Below, one piece after another: positions 8,389 to 17,830 of a stretch of 22,955 nt of DNA. Location of the stretch: the IMG/VR virus record IMGVR_UViG_2541047790_000011. The stretch is one strand, 5' to 3'. Both the position numbers and the translations under genes were made by a program. Source of the stretch: a virus. Taxonomy: Duplodnaviria > Heunggongvirae > Uroviricota > Caudoviricetes. Position 1 is the stretch's first letter; each line of letters starts with the position of its first letter. Under the pieces are notes generated by a model. It was given only the letters and a program-made list of their open reading frames with translations. It was not told the origin of the DNA and did not search any database.

Positions 8389-8949
8389 ATGAAAAACACC
8401 GATTTTGAAATCCGCACATCTGAACTGACCGCCAGCAATAAAAAGCTGGTGGGGTATGCCGTTCGCTGGAACAGCCTTTCAGAAATTATCTGGGACGAAT
8501 TCCGCGAACAGTTCACGCCGGGGGCTTTTGCTGACTATCTGGCGACGGGTAATGATGTGCGCTGCCTGTATGAGCATGACTATACCCAACTGCTGGGGCG
8601 CACCAAATCCGGCACTCTGGTACTGACTGAGGATAACACCGGGTTACGTTTTGAACTGACACCGCCGGATACCCAGCTTGGAAAAGATGTGCTTACGCTG
8701 GTGGAGCGTGGCGACATTACAGGAATGAGCTTTGGTTTTCGCGCATTATGCGAGGAGTGGAGTATCGCGCAAAAACCGTATCTGCGTACCGTAACCGCCG
8801 CTGAACTCCGTGAAATCACAATAACGTCGATGCCTGCTTATCCAGAATCTGGCGTGGAGATTGCCCACCGTTCGTTGTTTGCACAGCACCCTGAATTACG
8901 TCCGACAGGAAATAATCTTCATCGCTGGTCTGAGCTGGCGGGGTTGTGA
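8389..8949 (+). CDS. Prohead (head maturation) protease, HK97 family
   Basis: 186-aa product with motifs typical of HK97-type prohead proteases (GYAVRWN, GAF, CLYEHD, GMSFGF, MPAYPESG). GGAG 8 nt upstream of the ATG. Confidence 0.85.
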   Translation: MKNTDFEIRTSELTASNKKLVGYAVRWNSLSEIIWDEFREQFTPGAFADYLATGNDVRCLYEHDYTQLLGRTKSGTLVLTEDNTGLRFELTPPDTQLGKDVLTLVERGDITGMSFGFRALCEEWSIAQKPYLRTVTAAELREITITSMPAYPESGVEIAHRSLFAQHPELRPTGNNLHRWSELAGL

Positions 8950-8950
8950 T

Positions 8951-10165
8951 ATGTGGTGGCCTTTTAGTCGTAAAAAAAGCGAGCAGCGTAACCTGTCCAT
9001 TGATGATTTTCTGGCGCTGTCCGGCGTACCGAATACCGGATCCGGAGAATATGTTTCTGCCGGGACGGCTGAATCATTGCCTGCAGTGATGAATGCGGTT
9101 TCTGTCATCGCTGAGGCGGTGGCCACGATGCCGTGTTATCTGTATCTGGTACGTAATGACAAGGGCAGGGAGGCGCGGGAATGGCTGGACAGTCACCCGG
9201 TAGATATTCTGCTGAATGAGCAGCCTAATTCGTGCCAGACACCTTACCAGTTTAAACGCACAATGATGCGTCACTGCCTGCTGAACGGTAACGCCTATGC
9301 GGTTATTGAGTGGGGGCAGGACGGGCAGCCAAAATCACTTCATCCTTATGCGCCGGGGTGTGTTGTACCGGAACGCACAGGCGCACACAAATACCGCTAT
9401 ACCATCACCGAACCCTGTACAGGAACGGTGCGCACGTATTTACAGGAAGAAGTTCTGCATCTCCGCTATGCCTCGGATGATGGCTTTCTGGGGCGTTCCC
9501 CCGTCACGATTTGCCGTGAGGCGCTGGGGCTTGGCCTTGCTCAACAGCGTCACGGAGCCAGCATTATGAAAGATGGCATGATGGCGGCAGGGATTATCAC
9601 GTCAGGCGAATGGCTGGACGGCGTGAAAGGTAAACAGGCATTGGATGCTCTGGAACGCTACAAGGGGGCGAAAAATGCCGGAAAAACGCCAATCCTTGAA
9701 GGGGGCATGGATTACAGGCAACTGGGAATGAGTAACCAGGATGCGGAATGGCTGGCCTCCCGTCGCTTCTCCATTGAAGACATCGCCCGCATGTTCAACG
9801 TATCGCCTATTTTTCTGCAGGAATACAGCAACAGCACCTACAGCAATTTCAGCGAGGCAAGCCGCGCGTTTCTGACCATGACAATGCGCCCGTGGCTGGC
9901 GAACTTCGAACAGCAAATCAAGGCCGCTTTGCTGGTGGCTTCTCCCGTACCTGGTACCCGTTATCTGGTTGAGTTTGATTCAGCCGATTTATTACGCGCC
10001 ACACCCACCGAACGTTATGCCACGTATGAGAAAGGGATTAAGAACGGGATCATGAATCCGAACGAAGCCCGTGAGCGTGAGGGTATGCCGCCGCGTGAAG
10101 GTGGTGATGAGTTCAGCCAGGCATGGAAACAGACTGTGGAAATTAAAGGGAGAAAAGATGAGTGA
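8951..10165 (+). CDS. Phage portal protein, HK97 family
   Basis: About 405 aa from the ATG at 8951, immediately after the protease stop. Size and conserved-looking segments (for example EDIARMFNVSPIFL) fit portal proteins. The ORF track start at 8861 overlaps the protease. Confidence 0.85.
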   Translation: MWWPFSRKKSEQRNLSIDDFLALSGVPNTGSGEYVSAGTAESLPAVMNAVSVIAEAVATMPCYLYLVRNDKGREAREWLDSHPVDILLNEQPNSCQTPYQFKRTMMRHCLLNGNAYAVIEWGQDGQPKSLHPYAPGCVVPERTGAHKYRYTITEPCTGTVRTYLQEEVLHLRYASDDGFLGRSPVTICREALGLGLAQQRHGASIMKDGMMAAGIITSGEWLDGVKGKQALDALERYKGAKNAGKTPILEGGMDYRQLGMSNQDAEWLASRRFSIEDIARMFNVSPIFLQEYSNSTYSNFSEASRAFLTMTMRPWLANFEQQIKAALLVASPVPGTRYLVEFDSADLLRATPTERYATYEKGIKNGIMNPNEAREREGMPPREGGDEFSQAWKQTVEIKGRKDE

Positions 10166-10460
10166 AGCCAAAATTACACCTGATGAAGTCAGGGCACATC
10201 TTCGACTTGATGATGATTTATCCGGTGAAGGCGAACTTCTGAAAATGTATACCGATGCGGCGCTGGAAGCCTGCCAGAAGCATATCGGGAAACGTTTTGA
10301 AGACGGGCTGGAATTTACCCCGGCAATGCGTGTTGGTTGCCTGATGTACATCGCTTTCCTGTACGAGAACCGGGAAGCGGTTTCACCAGTGGAGCACTCG
10401 GAACTGCCTATGGCTATTTCTGCGCTCTGGTCAGTTTATCGTGACGTAGGGGTGTACTGA
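10158..10460 (+). CDS. Head-tail connector / adaptor protein (gp6-like)
   Basis: About 100 aa starting MSEAKITPDEVRAHLRLDDDLSGEGELL, which is the characteristic N-terminus of gp6-like head-tail connectors. AAGGGA upstream; overlaps portal end and HNH start. Confidence 0.65.
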   Translation: MSEAKITPDEVRAHLRLDDDLSGEGELLKMYTDAALEACQKHIGKRFEDGLEFTPAMRVGCLMYIAFLYENREAVSPVEHSELPMAISALWSVYRDVGVY

Positions 10461-10900
10461 TGCCGTGGCAACCATTAAGGCGATGCACTGAGCCTGGCTG
10501 TAATAAGCGCGTGAAGTCCGGCAAGTGTGAAGAGCACAGGCGGGCTGCATGGCGTGCAGAGGATGCCAGACGGGGACACCGCCGCGCGCGCGGGTATTCC
10601 CGACAGTGGGACAAATACCGCGCCCTGTACCTGAGCAAAAACCCGTTATGCGTGAGTTGTCTGGCTAAGGGGATTTATACGCCAGCTCTTGTGGTGGATC
10701 ACATCATTCCCATCAATGGCGGCGGTGATGTTCTCTTCTGGCCTGAGTGGAACCACCAGGCATTGTGCCAGACGTGCCACAACCGTAAGACGACACGGGA
10801 AGATCCCGCCACGAAAGCGAACCGTAAGGCGGGCATGTATCGCGATCAGGAAGAACGGGCGGCACACCGTAACGACTGGATGTATGGCGATGATGACTGA
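10460..10900 (+). CDS. HNH endonuclease (terminase-associated)
   Basis: 146-aa product with cysteine clusters and the HNH core (VVDHIIPINGGG ... NHQALCQTCHNRKT). Lies immediately upstream of terS/terL, as in cos-packaging HK97-like phages. Confidence 0.85.
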   Translation: MPWQPLRRCTEPGCNKRVKSGKCEEHRRAAWRAEDARRGHRRARGYSRQWDKYRALYLSKNPLCVSCLAKGIYTPALVVDHIIPINGGGDVLFWPEWNHQALCQTCHNRKTTREDPATKANRKAGMYRDQEERAAHRNDWMYGDDD

Positions 10901-11188
10901 ACAGGAGCAAAACAGGCTGATACGTGGGTTGATAAGGCAGCGTGACACATGGAAGACACAGGAGACAGGGCACAAAGCCAACAGGACAGGGCGCACAAAA
11001 CGCACCACAGCGAAGCGATTAACCGACCGTGACCGCGAGGTCATGGAATGTTTTCGCAATCGCTGGTGAGGCCGTCAGAGGGGGTGGGGGTGGTTTTCAG
11101 GACGAAACCGTCCCTGCCGGACACCGACCGCCTCCCCAAATTTTTATGCACGGGAATTTTTTGAAAAATAATCTGACGAAAAATAAGC

Positions 11189-11545
11189 ATGGCAAGACCA
11201 CCGAAAGCCCCCGCCTACCTGGATGATATCGCCGTGAAGCAGTGGCGGGAAAAATCGCGGCAGCTTGCGGAACGGGGAGACCTGACCCCCGCCGACTGGA
11301 GCAATCTGGAACTGTATTGCGTCAACTACTCCATTTACCGGAAAGCCGTTGCAGACCTTGCGGCGCGCGGGTTCAGCATTGTTAACAGTCAGGGCGGCGA
11401 GAGCAGAAACCCCGCATTAAGCGCAAAATCCGACGCTGAAAGAGTGATGATAAAAATGGCCTCCTTGCTCGGTTTTGACCCGATAAGCCGCCGTAAAAAT
11501 CCACCGGAAACAGAAGAAGAGGACGAGCTTGACCGCCTGGAATAA
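11189..11545 (+). CDS. Terminase small subunit (P27-like)
   Basis: 118-aa product whose pattern (W---L-ERGDLTPAD---LELYCV-YS-YRKA ... acidic C-terminus) resembles P27-family small terminases; immediately precedes the large terminase. Confidence 0.75.
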   Translation: MARPPKAPAYLDDIAVKQWREKSRQLAERGDLTPADWSNLELYCVNYSIYRKAVADLAARGFSIVNSQGGESRNPALSAKSDAERVMIKMASLLGFDPISRRKNPPETEEEDELDRLE

Positions 11546-13190
11546 GTACGCAGAAGACGTAAAAACGGGCAAAATTCCGGCCTGTAAACGGCTGAAACAG
11601 GCCGTTAAACGGTACTTTTCGGACCTTGAAAGCCCCCTTTACACGTTCGATCGTGAGGTTGTGGAGCGGTTTATTGCCTTTTCCAGGGTGTGCGCGCACG
11701 TAAAAGGGCCGATGCGTGGCAGACCCATTGAGCTGGAGCCGTGGCAGCAGTTCGCCTTTGCGTGCATCCTCGGCTTTAAGGTTAAGGCCACCGGACGGCG
11801 CAAATACACGAGCGCCTTTATCGAAGTGCCGCGCAAAAATGCGAAATCCACGACCGCCGCGATTCTGGCTAACTGGTTTCTGATTATGGAGAACGGTCAG
11901 CAGGATATCTACACCGCAGCGGTGAGCCGTGACCAGGCGCGGATCGTCTTTGATGATGCGCGTCAGATGTGCCTTTTATCCCGACCGTTACGCAGGCGGG
12001 TGAATATTCAGGCGCATAAGGTGATACACCCGAAAACCAACAGCCTGTTAAAGCCACTGGCAGCAAAAGCGGCAACCATTGAGGGGACAAACCCGAGTCT
12101 TGCCATTGTGGATGAATATCACCTGCACCCAGACAACGGGGTTTATTCCGCACTTGATATGGGGATGGGCGCACGTCCCGAAGGGCTGTTATTTGCCATT
12201 ACCACATCGGGCAGTAACGTCGTTTCAGCCTGTAAGCAGCACTATGATTATTGCTGCCAGATCCTGGACGGCGAAGAGGTCAACGATTCAATTTTTGTAC
12301 TGATTTACGAACTGGACGACGAAAACGAGGTTGATGATCCGGCGATGTGGATAAAGGCTAACCCTAACATCGATGTTTCCGTCGATCGTGAAAAACTGGC
12401 CTCAACCATCCAGAAAGCGCGGGGTATTCCGTCGCAATGGGTGGAAATGCTCACCAAGCGATTCAATATCTGGTGTCAGGGGGCTACGCCGTGGATGGGT
12501 AACGGTGCATGGGCGGAGTGTGCCGGAACGTTCGCGGAGGCGGATTTATACGGGCAGGAGTGCTACGCGGGGCTGGACTTATCATCAACCAGCGATATTT
12601 CCAGCGTGTGCTATGCCTTCCCGGTCGGTAAAAAGATTATGCTGGTTTCCCGTCACTATCTGCCGGAATTTCAGCTACAGAATCCCGCCAATAAAAACCG
12701 CGCCATCTATCGCCAGTGGGTAAAGGCGGGCTGGATACGCACAACACCGGGTGACTGCATTGATTATGACCGTATCCGTGATGACATCATGGCGGATGCA
12801 GAGAATTTCAATATCAGGCTGGTGGGCTTCGATACATGGAACGCCACGCACCTGAGGACGCAGTTACAGGGCGCAGGATTTGAGGTGGAGCCGTTCCCGC
12901 AAACCTACCTCAGATTCAGTCCGGCGGCGAAATCGTTCGAAGTTTTTGTTAACCGGAAGGTGATTGTGCATCGTGGTGATCCGGTGCTGGCCTGGTCAAT
13001 GAGTAATGTTGTGATGCAGAGTGACGCGAACGCCAATATCAAGCCGAACAAGAAAAAATCATCCAACAAGATAGACCCGAGCGTTGCGGCGCTGATGGCG
13101 TTTGGCACATTCCAGGCAGAGCACGAGGACTTTGCATTCGATATGAGCGACAGCCACAAAGAGCGGCTTGCGGCGTTTGATGGGGTATGA
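11529..13190 (+). CDS. Terminase large subunit
   Basis: 553-aa product with an N-terminus typical of Terminase_1-family large subunits (TAWNKYAEDVKTGKIPACK), an ATPase region and a C-terminal nuclease region. The only in-frame start near the N-terminus is TTG at 11529, overlapping terS; the start codon is uncertain. Confidence 0.85.
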   Translation: MTAWNKYAEDVKTGKIPACKRLKQAVKRYFSDLESPLYTFDREVVERFIAFSRVCAHVKGPMRGRPIELEPWQQFAFACILGFKVKATGRRKYTSAFIEVPRKNAKSTTAAILANWFLIMENGQQDIYTAAVSRDQARIVFDDARQMCLLSRPLRRRVNIQAHKVIHPKTNSLLKPLAAKAATIEGTNPSLAIVDEYHLHPDNGVYSALDMGMGARPEGLLFAITTSGSNVVSACKQHYDYCCQILDGEEVNDSIFVLIYELDDENEVDDPAMWIKANPNIDVSVDREKLASTIQKARGIPSQWVEMLTKRFNIWCQGATPWMGNGAWAECAGTFAEADLYGQECYAGLDLSSTSDISSVCYAFPVGKKIMLVSRHYLPEFQLQNPANKNRAIYRQWVKAGWIRTTPGDCIDYDRIRDDIMADAENFNIRLVGFDTWNATHLRTQLQGAGFEVEPFPQTYLRFSPAAKSFEVFVNRKVIVHRGDPVLAWSMSNVVMQSDANANIKPNKKKSSNKIDPSVAALMAFGTFQAEHEDFAFDMSDSHKERLAAFDGV

Positions 13191-13480
13191 CGAGAATGAG
13201 CGAAACCGAACTACTAAAAATAATCCGCCGTGTTACCGGAGCCAGCCAGACAGCAGACAAACAGGAGGCCACGCAGCCGGACAGCGTGATAGCCGAAAAT
13301 TACGCGCGTGTGGTGGCTGAGGTGATGCGCCGTGACGGTATTGAGCTTAACGGCGTGGATATGCGCAACATACGAACCAGAGTCCTTGAGTTGCTGGCAT
13401 ACCGTCGCCGTTCTCAACAACGGAGGGAGAGCGCGAAAAATACTTATCAGTGGAAGAAGCCGGAACGGTTGCGGCGGTAA
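13187..13480 (+). CDS. Hypothetical protein
   Basis: 97-aa ORF whose start overlaps the terL stop (ATGA); last gene before the island boundary region. Confidence 0.45.
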   Translation: MTRMSETELLKIIRRVTGASQTADKQEATQPDSVIAENYARVVAEVMRRDGIELNGVDMRNIRTRVLELLAYRRRSQQRRESAKNTYQWKKPERLRR

Positions 13481-13593
13481 CTTGCAGATATTCCCGATAA
13501 CGTAAAATTGCGTTGGCTGGCAGAGTGCAAATTTGCACGATGGCCTAACCCATTGATTGTTTCGGAAACCTCAATTTGAGGAGGCCGGACAGC

Positions 13594-13628
13594 GTGACGG
13601 AGGGTGACAACCAGTGACACGCCGTGAC
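13594..13628 (+). repeat. Four GTGAC direct repeats at exact 10-bp spacing (candidate integrase arm-type or packaging-protein sites)
   Basis: GTGAC at 13594, 13604, 13614 and 13624, phased by one helical turn, in the non-coding stretch between the last satellite gene and clpS. Confidence 0.4.
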
Positions 13629-14406
13629 AAAAAGACGGTTTAACCATCCATTAAAAATCGACGTGATTTTGTGCTTTCCGTATGAGGTGGCCAGCGTCAT
13701 TTTTTAGTGAGAAATTCTGGTCAGGGGCGTTGGCTGAATGGTTATTTTATCGTGCCCATGCACAGGGAGGGGGCGGGTAAAATCTCTGGAGGTGATGCCT
13801 GTCAGGACCGCCGCCTGACCCTTCCTCACATCGCCGCAGGTTCGAAAACTTTTTTTGTGTCAGGTGCGCACGGAATTGATAGATAAAACCTATATTAAAA
13901 AATCACGGAAGCCGTGCCATTGCTGGAGCAGTCAAAAATTCCACATCTCACGGCAGGCAAAAAAAGCGAATTTTGGGCCAGTTGAGGATAAAAAAGGGCT
14001 CACTAGTTTTGCACATCCTGGTATCGGGGTCGTCAGCCTCCCGCCAGTAACTAGGTAACTAATCACGCTGGTGGGCATGATGCCGATGCCGGGATCTCGG
14101 TATCGGTTTATCTGTGATCATCCACCAGCTTGATGACAGATAACAGGGAGTCATAACGGTTAAAGCGTGTTGATCTTTGTTCGTGGTTGTTCGATATTGT
14201 TCGTAAAGCGGTGTAGTTAATGGTGTAGTTAATTTCGCTGTTTTTGACGAGCTTATCATTTGCAACGCAATGAAAAACAAAGACTAATTAACAAAATGCT
14301 ATAAATGATAGTTATCTATCATGTGGAGTAGATTGGTCAGGCAAATAAGCTCTTGTCAGCGGCAGGGCGTTCTGCCGATAACCGTAACCGAAGATGATAA
14401 CTGACA

Positions 14407-14727
14407 ATGGGTAAAACGAACGACTGGCTGGACTTTGATCAACTGGCGGAAGAAAAAGTTCGCGACGCGCTAAAACCGCCATCTATGTATAAAGTGATAT
14501 TAGTCAATGATGATTATACTCCGATGGAGTTTGTTATTGACGTGTTACAAAAATTCTTTTCTTATGATGTAGAACGTGCAACGCAATTGATGCTCGCTGT
14601 TCACTACCAGGGGAAGGCCATTTGCGGAGTCTTTACCGCTGAGGTTGCAGAAACCAAAGTGGCGATGGTGAACAAGTACGCGAGGGAGAATGAGCATCCA
14701 TTGCTGTGTACGCTAGAAAAAGCCTGA
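14407..14727 (+). CDS. clpS: ATP-dependent Clp protease adaptor ClpS
   Basis: 106-aa product [43 protein letters not shown] matches E. coli ClpS as recalled; immediately upstream of clpA. Confidence 0.95.
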
Positions 14728-14757
14728 ATGCAGGCATAAAAATTGGGGGAGGTGCCT

Positions 14758-17034
14758 ATGCTCAATCAAGAACTGGAACTCAGTTTAAATATGGCTTTCG
14801 CCAGAGCGCGCGAGCACCGTCATGAGTTTATGACCGTCGAGCACTTGTTACTGGCGCTGCTCAGTAACCCATCTGCCCGGGAGGCGCTGGAAGCGTGTTC
14901 TGTAGATTTGGTTGCGCTCCGTCAGGAACTGGAAGCCTTTATTGAACAAACCACACCCGTTCTGCCTGCCAGTGAAGAGGAGCGCGACACACAGCCGACG
15001 TTGAGTTTTCAGCGTGTACTGCAACGTGCGGTCTTCCATGTCCAGTCCTCCGGTCGCAATGAGGTTACCGGTGCAAACGTTCTGGTCGCTATCTTTAGCG
15101 AACAGGAGTCGCAGGCGGCATATCTGTTGCGCAAACATGAAGTCAGCCGTCTCGATGTGGTGAACTTTATCTCTCATGGCACGCGTAAAGACGAGCCGAC
15201 ACAGTCTTCTGATCCTGGCAGCCAGCCAAACAGCGAAGAACAAGCTGGTGGGGAGGAACGTATGGAGAATTTCACGACGAACCTGAATCAGCTTGCGCGA
15301 GTGGGCGGAATCGACCCACTAATTGGTCGTGAGAAGGAGCTGGAGCGTGCTATTCAGGTTCTCTGCCGTCGCCGTAAAAACAACCCGCTGCTGGTGGGGG
15401 AGTCTGGTGTCGGTAAAACCGCGATTGCGGAGGGGCTTGCATGGCGAATTGTTCAGGGCGATGTGCCGGAAGTGATGGCTGACTGTACGATTTACTCTCT
15501 CGATATCGGTTCCCTGTTAGCGGGCACAAAATATCGCGGCGACTTTGAAAAACGTTTTAAAGCGTTGCTCAAGCAGCTGGAGCAGGACACTAACAGCATC
15601 CTGTTTATTGATGAGATCCACACCATTATCGGTGCGGGTGCAGCGTCTGGTGGCCAGGTCGATGCGGCTAACCTGATTAAACCGTTGCTCTCCAGCGGTA
15701 AAATCCGCGTAATTGGTTCGACAACCTATCAGGAGTTCAGCAACATTTTCGAGAAAGACCGTGCTCTGGCGCGTCGCTTCCAGAAAATTGATATTACTGA
15801 ACCGTCAATCGAAGAAACTGTTCAAATCATCAATGGCCTGAAACCGAAGTATGAAGCGCACCACGACGTGCGTTATACCGCAAAAGCGGTGCGTGCGGCG
15901 GTAGAGCTGGCGGTGAAATACATTAACGATCGTCATCTGCCGGATAAAGCGATTGATGTTATCGACGAAGCGGGCGCTCGCGCACGTCTGATGCCGGTAA
16001 GCAAACGCAAGAAAACCGTTAATGTGGCGGATATTGAATCCGTGGTGGCCCGTATTGCACGCATTCCAGAGAAGAGTGTTTCTCAGAGTGACCGCGATAC
16101 CCTGAAAAACCTCGGCGATCGCCTGAAAATGCTGGTCTTCGGTCAGGATAAAGCCATTGAGGCGCTGACTGAAGCCATTAAGATGGCGCGTGCAGGTTTA
16201 GGTCACGAACATAAACCGGTCGGTTCGTTCCTGTTTGCCGGCCCTACTGGGGTCGGGAAAACAGAGGTGACGGTACAGCTTTCGAAAGCGTTGGGCATTG
16301 AGCTTCTGCGCTTTGATATGTCCGAGTATATGGAACGCCATACCGTCAGCCGTCTGATTGGTGCGCCTCCGGGATACGTTGGTTTTGATCAGGGCGGTTT
16401 GCTGACTGATGCGGTCATCAAGCATCCACATGCGGTGCTGCTGCTGGACGAAATCGAGAAAGCGCACCCGGACGTGTTCAATATTCTGTTGCAGGTGATG
16501 GATAACGGTACGCTGACCGATAACAACGGACGCAAAGCGGACTTCCGTAACGTGGTGCTGGTGATGACCACTAATGCCGGGGTACGGGAAACTGAGCGCA
16601 AATCCATTGGTCTTATCCACCAGGATAACAGCACCGATGCGATGGAAGAGATCAAGAAGATCTTTACACCGGAATTCCGTAACCGTCTCGACAACATTAT
16701 CTGGTTCGATCATCTGTCAACCGACGTGATCCATCAGGTGGTGGATAAATTCATCGTCGAGTTGCAGGTTCAGTTGGATCAGAAAGGTGTTTCTCTGGAA
16801 GTGAGCCAGGAAGCGCGTAACTGGCTGGCCGAGAAAGGTTACGACCGGGCAATGGGCGCACGTCCGATGGCGCGTGTCATCCAGGACAACCTGAAAAAAC
16901 CGCTCGCCAACGAACTGCTGTTTGGTTCGCTGGTGGACGGCGGTCAGGTCACCGTCGCGCTGGATAAAGAGAAAAATGAGCTGACTTACGGATTCCAGAG
17001 TGCACAAAAGCACAAGGCGGAAGCAGCGCATTAA
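14758..17034 (+). CDS. clpA: ATP-dependent Clp protease ATP-binding subunit ClpA
   Basis: 758 aa from [24 protein letters not shown], with two AAA+ modules (Walker A GESGVGKT and GPTGVGKT). GGGGGAGG precedes the ATG at 14758; the ORF track start at 14743 is 5 codons upstream. Confidence 0.95.
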   Translation: MLNQELELSLNMAFARAREHRHEFMTVEHLLLALLSNPSAREALEACSVDLVALRQELEAFIEQTTPVLPASEEERDTQPTLSFQRVLQRAVFHVQSSGRNEVTGANVLVAIFSEQESQAAYLLRKHEVSRLDVVNFISHGTRKDEPTQSSDPGSQPNSEEQAGGEERMENFTTNLNQLARVGGIDPLIGREKELERAIQVLCRRRKNNPLLVGESGVGKTAIAEGLAWRIVQGDVPEVMADCTIYSLDIGSLLAGTKYRGDFEKRFKALLKQLEQDTNSILFIDEIHTIIGAGAASGGQVDAANLIKPLLSSGKIRVIGSTTYQEFSNIFEKDRALARRFQKIDITEPSIEETVQIINGLKPKYEAHHDVRYTAKAVRAAVELAVKYINDRHLPDKAIDVIDEAGARARLMPVSKRKKTVNVADIESVVARIARIPEKSVSQSDRDTLKNLGDRLKMLVFGQDKAIEALTEAIKMARAGLGHEHKPVGSFLFAGPTGVGKTEVTVQLSKALGIELLRFDMSEYMERHTVSRLIGAPPGYVGFDQGGLLTDAVIKHPHAVLLLDEIEKAHPDVFNILLQVMDNGTLTDNNGRKADFRNVVLVMTTNAGVRETERKSIGLIHQDNSTDAMEEIKKIFTPEFRNRLDNIIWFDHLSTDVIHQVVDKFIVELQVQLDQKGVSLEVSQEARNWLAEKGYDRAMGARPMARVIQDNLKKPLANELLFGSLVDGGQVTVALDKEKNELTYGFQSAQKHKAEAAH

Positions 17035-17057
17035 TCTGATTGTCTGGTAGGTTGGTG

Positions 17058-17096
17058 AAGTCCGTAATCTCGTCAGGGGTTACGGACTTTTTATTT
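17058..17096 (+). terminator. Rho-independent terminator of clpA
   Basis: Stem aagtccgtaa (17059-17068) / ttacggactt (17080-17089), followed by a T-run. Confidence 0.6.
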
Positions 17097-17246
17097 ATGG
17101 GGGGAGGAGGTTCAGACCCTTTTTTTGATGATGATGGTAAGTTATTGATAATTAGTGCTGCGGGTAGGTAAGGATAAAAAAGGGTGGCAGCAGGAGATTG
17201 AGATGGTTTTGCTTTATTAACAACGGGCTAAACGTGTAGTATTTGA

Positions 17247-17334
17247 GTTCACTGCCGTACAGGCAGCTTAGAAATTGCCGCGGATCCTGTCTGCCAATAA
17301 TGACAAGTTCACTGCCGTACAGGCAGATAAAATG
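17247..17334 (+). CRISPR. Orphan type I-F CRISPR remnant (two repeats, one spacer)
   Basis: 28-nt repeat GTTCACTGCCGTACAGGCAGCTTAGAAA at 17247-17274, 32-nt spacer ttgccgcggatcctgtctgccaataatgacaa at 17275-17306, and a second repeat at 17307-17334 identical over the first 20 nt but degenerate in the last 8 (ATAAAATG). Repeat matches the type I-F consensus from memory. No cas genes in the window. Confidence 0.7.
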
Positions 17335-17336
17335 CG

Positions 17337-17364
17337 AAAAAAAAGCCCGTACTTTCGTACGAGC
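17337..17364 (-). terminator. Rho-independent terminator of serW
   Basis: On the minus strand: GCUCGUAC-GAAA-GUACGGGC hairpin followed by eight U, directly 3' of the tRNA. Confidence 0.55.
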
Positions 17365-17377
17365 TCTTCTTTAAATA

Positions 17378-17465
17378 TGGCGGTGAGGGGGGGATTCGAA
17401 CCCCCGATACGTTGCCGTATACACACTTTCCAGGCGTGCTCCTTCAGCCACTCGGACACCTCACC
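17378..17465 (-). tRNA. serW: tRNA-Ser (anticodon GGA)
   Basis: Reverse complement reads GGTGAGGTGTCCGAGTGGCTGAAGGAGCACGCCTGGAAAGTGTGTATACGGCAACGTATCGGGGGTTCGAATCCCCCCCTCACCGCCA: 88 nt with long variable arm, GGTTCGAATCC T-loop, anticodon GGA and encoded CCA. Confidence 0.93.
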
Positions 17466-17830
17466 AAATTGTTTTTTTGCCTGACCTCATGGGGGGCAAC
17501 GGGGCGCTACTATAGGGAGTTGGAATAAAACGGTCAAGAAGAATTTTTATGATAATTATTGTTTGCTCATACTGTAAACAAGTTGTGCAGTATATCTACA
17601 TCTGATGCGCCGCGCGATAAATAAGCCGCAATCCGTGAGATAAATGGACACAGTGCGGCTTTTCAGATACGGAAAAGGAATTACAGATTATCAGTCGTAA
17701 GCAACCCACGCTTACTGGCAAGGATGGTTTACAATGCTGAAAGCGCCTCCCGGCAATACCGCCAATCATCACTCAAACAGAAAAAATTATTGCTCATGGT
17801 TCACTCCGGTAATGAATCGTTTTACAGGCG

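Larger units (their letters stand above)
1..13650 (+). mobile_element. Phage satellite with capsid-forming PICI-like organisation (integrated); right boundary approximate
   Basis: Co-linear int, alpA, regulatory module, primase-helicase plus iteron ori, then capsid/protease/portal/connector/HNH/terS/terL, with no tail, baseplate or lysis genes in 13.5 kb. Left end is cut by the window; the right end is placed after the last gene and the phased-repeat region. Confidence 0.65.

Noticed and set aside
10884-11069. Small basic ORF (about 62 aa) starting at the HNH stop and running toward terS
   Set aside because: Very Arg/Thr/Lys-rich, no clear Shine-Dalgarno and no recognisable fold; it lies in the region more likely to hold the packaging site. 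Could be real but is not supportable from sequence alone.
13826-13850. GGTTCGAA motif resembling a tRNA T-loop (possible tRNA fragment marking attR)
   Set aside because: No acceptor stem or CCA end and no flanking tRNA-like structure could be built by eye; probably coincidental.
14848-16713. Several minus-strand ORFs (14848-15243, 16198-16713, 16389-16697) inside clpA
   Set aside because: Antisense to a highly conserved gene identified with near certainty; these are typical shadow ORFs.
17268-17484. ORFs 17268-17459 (minus) and 17275-17484 (plus)
   Set aside because: They overlap the tRNA-Ser gene, its terminator and the CRISPR repeats; RNA features explain the sequence.
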